DNA of 64,000 bases from a virus (IMGVR_UViG_3300037140_000076:48375-112374); one strand, 5' to 3'; positions 31,686 through 39,295 are shown, numbered from the stretch's first letter. A program made the numbers and translations. Notes: generated by a model from the letters alone, not told the origin.

Positions 31686-32741
31686 ATGACGAACAAAGAA
31701 AAAGCAAAACGACAAAGAGACCGAAGAAAAACCTATTCATTGTCAAAAAGAAAAAAAATAGCAAAGCAGGTGAAGGCGTATGCCGAAGCAAATAAAGAAA
31801 GACTTTCTTTTTTAAAAGCAGAAATGTATAGAATAAATAGAGAGTATATTTTACACTTCAAAGCAACACATCCTTGTGTAATTTGTGGACAGACTGATCC
31901 TTTCGTTTTAGACTTTGACCATTTAGATCCTTCTAAAAAGGAAGCAACGGTTGCAAATATGTTAGGTAGAACAGCTTCTCTAGAAAAAATAAAAAAAGAG
32001 ATAGCCAAATGCCAGATATTGTGTGCTAATTGTCATAGAAGAAAACATTTTTATGAAAAGAACAAATACAATTTTAAACAAAATATTGTTTTAATCGGAG
32101 GCGGTAATCATGTTCAGTACTGTATTGATATAATTAAAAAACAAAACAAATACAATATTGTCGGTATCATTGATTCAGTTAAAGATATTGGAGAAATTGT
32201 ATACGATTATCCTGTCATAGGAAGACAAAAAAATATTGTTGAACTTTCAAAACAATATGGGTTTGAAAGTGGTATAATTACTGTTGGAGATAATTGGGCA
32301 AGATATAAAATATATGGAGATATTATTGAGGCTTATCCATCATTTATGTTTGTAAACGCAATTCATCCTTCAGTATTAATAGGCAATAATGTAAAGATAG
32401 GTAAAGGAGTAATAGCAATGGCGGGTGTAATATTTAATCCTGGAGCAAATATTGGAGATTTTACTTTCTTTGCAACAGGTGCGCAAGTAGAACACGATTG
32501 TATAATAGAACATTTTGCAAGTGTATCAGCGGGGTCTATTCTTGGTGGTCATGTTCATATAAAAGAGTTTGCTGCTATTACTCTAGGGGTAACAATAATT
32601 GATCGTCTTACTATTGGATGGAATACAGTAATTGGATCAGGGTCTCTTGTAACAAAAGATATAGATGATAATGTGTTGGCATATGGAAGCCCTGCGAAAG
32701 TAATAAGAATAAGACAACAAGGAGAAAGATTTTTAAAATAA
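31686..32741 (+). CDS. HNH nuclease fused in-frame to a NeuD/PglD-like sugar acetyltransferase
   Basis: N-terminal CVICG..LDFDH..CANCHRRK; C-terminal IVLIGGGNH, hexapeptide repeats, AYGSPAKVIR. Confidence 0.8.
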   Translation: MTNKEKAKRQRDRRKTYSLSKRKKIAKQVKAYAEANKERLSFLKAEMYRINREYILHFKATHPCVICGQTDPFVLDFDHLDPSKKEATVANMLGRTASLEKIKKEIAKCQILCANCHRRKHFYEKNKYNFKQNIVLIGGGNHVQYCIDIIKKQNKYNIVGIIDSVKDIGEIVYDYPVIGRQKNIVELSKQYGFESGIITVGDNWARYKIYGDIIEAYPSFMFVNAIHPSVLIGNNVKIGKGVIAMAGVIFNPGANIGDFTFFATGAQVEHDCIIEHFASVSAGSILGGHVHIKEFAAITLGVTIIDRLTIGWNTVIGSGSLVTKDIDDNVLAYGSPAKVIRIRQQGERFLK

Positions 32742-32746
32742 TAAAT

Positions 32747-33538
32747 ATGTCACCATCCCACGCAATAGAATTAAACCATAGAGGTTATACTATTATACCA
32801 AATTTGATACCGCCTATTATTGTTGATGGATTGAGATATGCGTTGAACTTTTCATTTGATAAACACAGACAGATACAAATTGATAATAATAATGATATAG
32901 TTACGGAAGGCGTTGCTCTACATGTTTTATTAGATAATAGAAGATTTATTGAATTCTTACAATATCTTATGTTTGATATTAAGTTGTATTCCTTTCTGGA
33001 AGAAAATTATTTTAAATCAAAATTCATATTGAATTCGATGAGTGGCTTGAATAACTTACCAAACCAACCAAACTTTTCGTCCATAGTTCACCGTGATTTG
33101 AGATTTTATACTGGCGAAATACCAGTCATGATAAATGCCCTTGTGATGGTTGACGAATTCACTGAAGATAATGGTCCCACCTTGTTATTACCATATTCTC
33201 ATATTGATTTCGAAGAAAAACCAACCAATGAATACTTTCGAAGAAGTTCAGTGAAAGCTCTCGGTGAAGCCGGTAGTGTTTTATTATTTAATGCAAACGT
33301 TTGGCACGCATCTAGCTTAAATACTTCTCGTAACGGAAGAAGAGCATTACCAATAACATTCACTAAATCACTTATAAAGCAGTTATTGGATTATCCCAGG
33401 GCTTTAGGATACGATAGAATGGAAAGCTTTAGCGAACCAATGCAACAGCTTCTTGGGTATCATGCCCGTGTACCAGCCAACTTAGATGAATGGTATCAAC
33501 CTTTTGATAAACGATTTTATAAAAAAAACCAAGATTAA
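32747..33538 (+). CDS. PhyH-family 2OG-Fe(II) dioxygenase
   Basis: VHRD, DEFTEDNGPT..LPYSH, GSVLLF...WH..S.N. Confidence 0.85.
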   Translation: MSPSHAIELNHRGYTIIPNLIPPIIVDGLRYALNFSFDKHRQIQIDNNNDIVTEGVALHVLLDNRRFIEFLQYLMFDIKLYSFLEENYFKSKFILNSMSGLNNLPNQPNFSSIVHRDLRFYTGEIPVMINALVMVDEFTEDNGPTLLLPYSHIDFEEKPTNEYFRRSSVKALGEAGSVLLFNANVWHASSLNTSRNGRRALPITFTKSLIKQLLDYPRALGYDRMESFSEPMQQLLGYHARVPANLDEWYQPFDKRFYKKNQD

Positions 33539-33547
33539 AATAAACCA

Positions 33548-33794
33548 TATGCCAATATTAATTTCTCGAAAACAGAATATAGTTCGATCATATACTTTTG
33601 AACTTAATCCAATAGAAACTCAAAAATTTGAAGATGAGATTTTGAGTAATTTTTGGGATGCAACCAAAATTCCTGAAGACGAAAGAGCAGAGTTCAAAGT
33701 AACGTATACTATAGATTTTTATAAAAAACCAGTAGAAGAAGAACCCCAACCCCAGGATGGGTCACATATTATACTAGGATTACCTTCTATCTAA
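33548..33794 (+). CDS. hypothetical protein
   Basis: ORF track 33486-33794; likely start MPIL. Confidence 0.5.
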
Positions 33795-33796
33795 TA

Positions 33797-33828
33797 TTTG
33801 GTAATTTCAATTATTTTACATATATTTG
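33797..33828 (+). promoter_or_regulatory. Bacteroidota promoter of array 2 (-33 TTTG, -7 TATATTTG), 4 nt before the leader ATG
   Basis: Consensus match. Confidence 0.75.
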
Positions 33829-33832
33829 TTTT

Positions 33833-33901
33833 ATGAAACATATCAATTCATATTATTCACTGAGTCTACTCTTATCGTCTTACGATACGGACCTGGGATA
33901 A
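33833..33901 (+). CDS. leader peptide 2 of tRNA array 2 (MKHINSYYSLSLLLSSYDTDLG)
   Basis: 12 consecutive Ser/Tyr/Leu codons upstream of Leu/Ser/Tyr tRNAs. Confidence 0.85.
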   Translation: MKHINSYYSLSLLLSSYDTDLG

Positions 33902-33936
33902 TATTGAATTAACCGAACTGATTCGGAAAAGTTATT

Positions 33937-33970
33937 ACCCTGGGATTTTTATCCTGGGGTTTTTTGTTTT
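33937..33970 (+). terminator. attenuator terminator 2
   Basis: ACCCTGGGAT/ATCCTGGGGT plus T-run abutting tRNA-Leu. Confidence 0.85.
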
Positions 33971-34044
33971 AGGGATGTGCTGCAATTGGTAGATAGCTAC
34001 GCCTCAAAAGCGCATGTGTGTGGGTTCGAATCCCTCCTTCCCTA
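33971..34044 (+). tRNA. tRNA-Leu(CAA), short variable arm
   Basis: Loop CT-CAA-AA; TTCGAAT T loop. Confidence 0.78.
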
Positions 34045-34073
34045 CTAAAAGCGTTACTAACGCTTTTCAGTAT

Positions 34074-34153
34074 ACCTTCGTGACTTATACGAAATGGCAC
34101 AGTTACCGGTCTTAGAAACCGGGTCCTTGTGGGTTCGACTCCCACCGAAGGTA
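34074..34153 (+). tRNA. tRNA-Leu(TAG), enlarged D loop, short variable arm
   Basis: CCGGT-CT-TAG-AA-ACCGG. Confidence 0.82.
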
Positions 34154-34190
34154 CAATGTTTCCCTTATTAATGAGGTAAACAATTTATAA

Positions 34191-34270
34191 CCCTCTGTGG
34201 CTTATAGAAATAGGTACACTTAACCGACTTAAAATCGGAGCTTGTCATGGTTCGAATCCATGCAGGGGGA
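34191..34270 (+). tRNA. tRNA-Leu(TAA), enlarged D loop, short variable arm
   Basis: CCGA-CT-TAA-AA-TCGG. Confidence 0.8.
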
Positions 34271-34275
34271 CATAC

Positions 34276-34362
34276 GGAAGGCCCCAGTTGACTGAGGTAC
34301 ACGGTCCTGAACACCGCTAGGAGGCTAATACCCTTGTAAGAGTTGGACTCTCTTGCTTTCCG
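34276..34362 (+). tRNA. tRNA-Ser(TGA)
   Basis: CGGT-CC-TGA-AC-ACCG; long V arm; G73. Confidence 0.8.
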
Positions 34363-34480
34363 CTTTATATCTTTTAACATATAAAATCAGTAATATATTA
34401 CCGATTATATCTAATAACGTATAATAAGGTAGAATATTTTGCAACAATCGGCAATTTATTACCGATTTTGCCGAAAGTTT

Positions 34481-34564
34481 GGAAAGTTAATTAGCAAGAG
34501 CTAACCCTCCCCGCTAAGGAGTGGGACCGGGAAACTGGTTGTGGTTCGTGTCCACAACTTTCCG
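34481..34564 (+). tRNA. tRNA-Ser(GCT)
   Basis: CTCC-CC-GCT-AA-GGAG; long V arm; G73. Confidence 0.82.
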
Positions 34565-34612
34565 CAAGAGGAAACATTTGGAAGTTTCCTCTTTATTTCG
34601 TATGTTTGTAAA

Positions 34613-35059
34613 ATGAAAAAGATATGTTCAAAATGCAATATTGAAAAAGAAGTACAAGATTTCAATAAACGCACAAACAGTAAAGACGGATATGATCCAA
34701 GATGTAGAACTTGTACAAAAGAACGAGATGTTTTAAGATATACTAAAAATCCCAAACTTTTTAAAGAAAGGGCAAAAGTTAAAAACACTTTTATAAGAGA
34801 TAGAAACAGACAATTTTTAATTGAATATTTAATTGATAAATCATGTATTGATTGTGGAGAAACCGATGCTGTTGTATTGGAGTTCGATCATATAGAACCT
34901 TCAACAAAAATTGATTGTATTTCAGAAATGATTCCACGATCAAGTATTGAAAATATTAAAACTGAATTAAATAAATGTGAAATAAGATGTGCAAATTGTC
35001 ATAGAAGAAAAACAGCTAAACAATTTGGCTGGAAAAGAAAACACCTGGAATTATGTTAA
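34613..35059 (+). CDS. HNH endonuclease
   Basis: KICSKC..CRTC; CIDCGE...LEFDH...CANCHRRKT; start MKKI 4 nt after TATGTTTG. Confidence 0.85.
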   Translation: MKKICSKCNIEKEVQDFNKRTNSKDGYDPRCRTCTKERDVLRYTKNPKLFKERAKVKNTFIRDRNRQFLIEYLIDKSCIDCGETDAVVLEFDHIEPSTKIDCISEMIPRSSIENIKTELNKCEIRCANCHRRKTAKQFGWKRKHLELC

Positions 35060-35083
35060 GATTAGATAAAACTTTACTCTTAT

Positions 35084-35154
35084 TGATTGAATACCAGGGC
35101 AGTAGGCACTGTCTGTAAAACAGAGGCACGTAGGTTCGAGTCCTACTCAGTCAA
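35084..35154 (+). tRNA. tRNA-Tyr(GTA), short variable arm
   Basis: CTGT-CT-GTA-AA-ACAG; GTAGG-TTCGAGT-CCTAC. Confidence 0.78.
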
Positions 35155-35158
35155 CAAA

Positions 35159-35213
35159 TTATAACTGAATTTTGTTATAAATTTGGAAATTTGAAAAAGT
35201 ATTATTAAGTTTG
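35159..35213 (+). promoter_or_regulatory. 22-bp palindromic operator plus promoter of array 3 (-33 TTTG, -7 TAAGTTTG)
   Basis: TTATAACTGAATTTTGTTATAA followed by ATTTGG ... TAAGTTTG. Confidence 0.72.
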
Positions 35214-35224
35214 CAGTTAAGATT

Positions 35225-35317
35225 ATGAAACAGACTATCAACACGCGATTTTTTTGGCATCAACCGACCCCTCAAGGTCCAAGGGCTAAAGTTATGCGTG
35301 ATACAGATATAGGTTAA
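35225..35317 (+). CDS. leader peptide 3 of tRNA array 3 (MKQTINTRFFWHQPTPQGPRAKVMRDTDIG)
   Basis: Codons 7-19 TRFFWHQPTPQGP cover all seven amino acids of the downstream tRNAs. Confidence 0.85.
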   Translation: MKQTINTRFFWHQPTPQGPRAKVMRDTDIG

Positions 35318-35345
35318 ATAATCTCTTTTCTGCTTGCAACTTTTC

Positions 35346-35381
35346 AACCCTTGATTTTTCTAAACCGAGGGTTTTTTATTT
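35346..35381 (+). terminator. attenuator terminator 3
   Basis: AACCCTTGATTT/AAACCGAGGGTT plus T-run abutting tRNA-Pro. Confidence 0.82.
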
Positions 35382-35457
35382 CTAGTAATGGAGGAGTCCG
35401 GCCATCCTCGCGTGCCCTGGAAGCATGAGAACCCAGGTTCAAATCCTGGTTACTAGA
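35382..35457 (+). tRNA. tRNA-Pro(TGG)
   Basis: CGTGC-CC-TGG-AA-GCATG. Confidence 0.85.
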
Positions 35458-35462
35458 CAAAT

Positions 35463-35534
35463 TCCTCTTAAGCTTTAATGGTGAAGCTCCAGTTTTGTAA
35501 ACTGGTGAATGGGGATCGTTACCTCAAAGAGGAT
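35463..35534 (+). tRNA. tRNA-Thr(TGT)
   Basis: CCAGT-TT-TGT-AA-ACTGG. Confidence 0.85.
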
Positions 35535-35618
35535 CGAAGCCGGTTACCAAAATGTAAAAAAGCCGCCAGAACGTGTCTGGTTACTTGTTAAGACAAGTTG
35601 TAAAAAAGTTTGGGTTAT

Positions 35619-35693
35619 GTGTCTTGGGCAGGTCTGGTGACATTGCATCCGTTTGAAGAACGGACTAACAAGGTTCGATTCCTTGAGGATACG
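35619..35693 (+). tRNA. tRNA-Phe(GAA)
   Basis: TCCGT-TT-GAA-GA-ACGGA. Confidence 0.82.
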
Positions 35694-35698
35694 CTTAT

Positions 35699-35770
35699 TC
35701 CTGGATCGTATAACGTGTAGTACAGCCGTCTCTGACACGGTTAGCAATTGTTCGACTCAGTTTCCGGGAA
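35699..35770 (+). tRNA. tRNA-Gln(CTG)
   Basis: GCCGT-CT-CTG-AC-ACGGT. Confidence 0.85.
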
Positions 35771-35775
35771 CTTAA

Positions 35776-35846
35776 ACCCCTTTAGCATAAAGGTAATGCT
35801 GGTGGCCTTGACCCACCAGAAGTTCGGTCGGTACGAGCAGGGGGTT
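35776..35846 (+). tRNA. tRNA-Gln(TTG)
   Basis: GGTGG-CC-TTG-AC-CCACC; atypical T loop. Confidence 0.78.
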
Positions 35847-35847
35847 C

Positions 35848-35918
35848 TGTGAATCTAGTTCAATGGTAGAACGGCTGGCTGTGAACCAGGCAATTAGGGT
35901 TCGATCCCCGGTTTCACA
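35848..35918 (+). tRNA. tRNA-His(GTG)
   Basis: CTGG-CT-GTG-AA-CCAG. Confidence 0.78.
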
Positions 35919-35964
35919 CAACGCATGAATTTTTAATAAAAATTCATGCAAAATATTAACATAA

Positions 35965-36036
35965 CCTCCTTTCGTTCAACGAATAGGACCTCTGGCAACG
36001 AACCAGAAAATAAAGGTTTGATTCCTTTAGGGAGGT
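35965..36036 (+). tRNA. tRNA-Arg(ACG)
   Basis: TCTGG-CA-ACG-AA-CCAGA. Confidence 0.8.
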
Positions 36037-36041
36037 CAATT

Positions 36042-36110
36042 ACGTGCCAGGCTAAGGCAGCCAAGCAAACTCCAAATCTGTAGGAGATAGTTCGATTCTA
36101 TCGGTGCGTG
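36042..36110 (+). tRNA. tRNA-Trp(CCA)
   Basis: Loop CT-CCA-AA; GATAG-TTCGATT-CTATC; G73. Confidence 0.8.
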
Positions 36111-36591
36111 CAAATTATAACAAAAAGCAATTATAATTACTTTTTGTGATAATATTCACACAAAATTTTGTGATAAATGTTGGAAGTGTCAAAAGTATTG
36201 TTTTACTTTGCACCCAACTTTCACCAGTAAAGGACACGCCACCACGAAAAAACAATGATATGAAGTGGCGCAACTACGTCTTGGCTTTTTTTGGGGGAAC
36301 CTACGGAGGGGGGCCTCACCCCTCTCATATTATTGATTTATAATACGTTAAATGATTACCGGGTAATTTACTGGGCCTGGTAAAGCTTATAATTTGGTTA
36401 TGTGCTTTGAATTACATATATTTACAGAGGTAAAAAGCACAAAAAATATAAAAAGAGATTCAAGGGGATCATTTAAGATATTACCATCACAAAAATTCCT
36501 ATCTGGTTATAATCAAAAAACGTAATCTGCGTCCATTTAAAACGTTTAAGCAGATGGCAGTGAATTAGGAAACACTGTTGCCCGGTGGTAT

Positions 36592-36620
36592 AAAAGATGC
36601 AATTTATTGCATCTTTTTTT
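36592..36620 (+). terminator. intrinsic terminator
   Basis: AAAAGATGCAAT/ATTGCATCTTTT plus T-run. Confidence 0.7.
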
Positions 36621-36674
36621 ATTTAACATAGTCTTAACTTGGTTTTATAATAAAAAACAGTTACATTTGCAAGT

Positions 36675-37022
36675 ATGAGAGCGTTGAAGATAGAAAAAAA
36701 GACTGATTCGAAAACTCAACAGATAAAGCTTGTATTATCAATCATTTGTCTATTGAATAATATTACTCTCTCAGAAACAGATTATATATCTCTTGCTTTT
36801 TTTATTCAGTATAAAATGAGCCACAAAACCGATGATTTGATAATCAAGAGTGGGGTGGTCAAGAACATGGACGTTTTAAGAAACGTTAAAACCAGGTTAT
36901 GTAAGAAAGGATTTTTAAAAAGAGATCCTAAAGAATACAAAACCTATGATTTGAACATGAGTGCGGGGGAGTTTAATTGGGAAGACAATGATATTCGATT
37001 AATTATAAAACTCAATAATTGA
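36675..37022 (+). CDS. hypothetical (possible winged-helix) protein
   Basis: 115-aa ORF with promoter TACATTTG. Confidence 0.55.
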   Translation: MRALKIEKKTDSKTQQIKLVLSIICLLNNITLSETDYISLAFFIQYKMSHKTDDLIIKSGVVKNMDVLRNVKTRLCKKGFLKRDPKEYKTYDLNMSAGEFNWEDNDIRLIIKLNN

Positions 37023-37372
37023 AAAATATTGACTATATAATTTTGAAGACCTCCAGGGACATGGATATTCCTAAAGAAAAGGTTAAGATAATAGTGGATA
37101 CCTATTGGGATGGAGTGTATAAAAAACTTTTAAATTTAGATTCTACAACTGTTTTTATAAGGAATGTGGGGCTGATAACAATAAGTAAATTTAAATTAAG
37201 AAAGTTTATTTATAAATTTATTGATAAAATAAGATTTTTAAATAAAGGAGATAATTATTCTGAACAACAAAAACAAAAACTCAATCCTCTTTATATTAAA
37301 AAATTGAGGAAAGCTCTTTCTCAAAGAAACATTATTGCTAAAGACTACGCTAAAAAATTTGGAAACACATGA
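37019..37372 (+). CDS. HU/IHF-like protein
   Basis: IILKTSRDMDIPKEKVKIIVDTYW...TVFIRNVGLI, HU-fold pattern common in crAss-like phages. Confidence 0.55.
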   Translation: MKNIDYIILKTSRDMDIPKEKVKIIVDTYWDGVYKKLLNLDSTTVFIRNVGLITISKFKLRKFIYKFIDKIRFLNKGDNYSEQQKQKLNPLYIKKLRKALSQRNIIAKDYAKKFGNT

Positions 37373-39218
37373 GTTTAAGAAAAACTTTTGGTGAGTATTT
37401 GGACATGGTGAAGAATGGTTTTAAAAACAAAGATAAGATCATTGAAGCAATGCAGGTCTCTGCTATGATAAAGAACGGGAAGATTGGAAATGGTTTGGAG
37501 GTTACTAATGAGGCTGTTGCTGAAATACTTAAAAGGAAAGATATTTGTGCTGAGTGTCCTTTCAATAGTAGAAACACAAATAAAGAAACTTATAAATCTA
37601 ATTTACCCTGGGAGCATTGTACTCTTTGTAAATGCAGGATAGGATATGATGATAGCAAAGAATATTGTTTATCTTGTGTATGTGGAGCCGAAGCCTGGAA
37701 TGAAATGAATCCTGATATGGAACCGATGGAAGTGAAATGGACAGCATTTAAAAACTAAAAATAAATATTATGTGCGTAGTTAGTATGGTAGGAGATCATT
37801 ACTCCGATAAATTTAAGGATGATTGGTATAAAAGGTTTGTACCTTGGACTCCTCCTTCTACTTCCCCTTATACGCCAAATCCTTTGAGTATACCAACATT
37901 TATTCCAATGGCAACAAAGGAAGAGTTTGATGTTTTAAAGAAAGAAGTTGAAGAAATGAAAAAACTTTTAATTAGAGCAAAGATATACGATGAAAAAAAC
38001 AATGAACCAGATTGCGAAATAGATGCCAAGATAGAGCTTCTTAAAAAGTTTGCAGAGTTGGTTGGTATAGACTTAAGTGACATTTTTAAAAAAACAACAT
38101 GAAAAAAAGCACAAAGATTATTTTATTTGTAATATTTCTTGTAAGTATCCTTTTTTATAGTATCTTTGTATCAGCACAAAACCCAATAAAGAAGTTTCAT
38201 CCTGCGACTTATGAATCTGATAGTGTTGTTTATGTTCGTGGTGATCAAACTATTTCTGTAAATGATAGCATTGATGTAATTTTTACAGATACTGCAAACT
38301 TAATAAGAATTGTTAATATAACTAAAAAAACAATTCTTAATGTTGAAATAGTACACGCGGTACGTTCAGAAGTTATTGAATCATATAATGAGAAAGGAGA
38401 AAAAGAAAATTTAACTGTAGGTTGGTTTTATTGTTTAGTAAACGATCAAGAGCAAATGGTATTTACAACAATATCTCTTCAAGATGGAGAGATCGCGGGG
38501 GTTGGTATAGGCACCGAAACATATTTTACAGTCATGTCATTAAAAAGAAAGAAACAATACGATAAAAAACTTAAATAAACAGTATGACCACAGAAAGAAC
38601 GCTTCCAGGTAAGCCTGATAAGCAAAGAATGCAGACCACACAGCAGATTTTTCATAATCTTCTGGAGATCGTGGAACTTTATCCTCAGTATTCTGTGGCC
38701 CAACATGTGGCTGCAATCAGTCGAAGAAAAAGTTCAACCGGTAAAGATTTATTTCATTGGTCTGATGATGAACTTCTTAAAAAGATCGAAGCTCACAAGA
38801 CAGAACTCGAAGGAGAAGACATTATGAATTATGATGATGGTGAAATTGATTAAAATATTTTATGACCATAAAGAAAACGTTTTATATAGACATTTATAGT
38901 TGTAATGTGCATGTAACGGCGGCTGATGATGTAAGACGATCAATAAATTATTATTTAAAAAAACACGGAGAAAAAATCATAGAGTATGATGTAGAAGGAC
39001 TTTTTTTCGTTCCTATAGATCAAGTTTCTGATTATTATTTATTTTTTAATCTTAAAGGTTTAGATGTAAATACTTTGAATCATGAAATATCTCATCTTAT
39101 TGAAGAAATTTTAATACATCGTCATATTAAAGCATCAGGAGAACAGAGAGCGTACTTACACGGATCTACATGTGAAAGAATATATAATTTCTTTAAAAAG
39201 AAAAAATGTATTAAATAA
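37369..39218 (+). CDS. hypothetical genes (37369-37758 Cys-rich; 37770-38102; 38099-38578 signal peptide; 38584-38853; 38862-39218 HExxH zincin-like)
   Basis: ORF track; motifs CAECPF..C..C.C and LNHEISH. Confidence 0.55.
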
Positions 39219-39219
39219 C

Positions 39220-39295
39220 GGCCAGGTACCCAATGCTGGACGCGGGGTTAGTCTGCAAAACTTACTTAACACCAGTTCGATTCTGGTTCTGGTCT
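39220..39295 (+). tRNA. tRNA-Cys(GCA), stand-alone
   Basis: GGCCAGG/TCTGGTC-T; loop CT-GCA-AA; U73. Confidence 0.82.

Noticed and set aside
26774-35381. T-box riboswitches as the explanation for the terminators
   Set aside because: No UGGNACC T-box bulge or stem I; the antiterminator strands lie within translated leader ORFs.
34168-35747. Minus-strand ORFs 34168-34380, 34501-34788, 35159-35347, 35544-35747
   Set aside because: They are antisense to tRNAs, the HNH gene or leader 3.
36259-36343. Fourth leader peptide (MKWRNYVLAFF...)
   Set aside because: No tRNA array or adjacent U-tailed terminator/antiterminator pair follows it.
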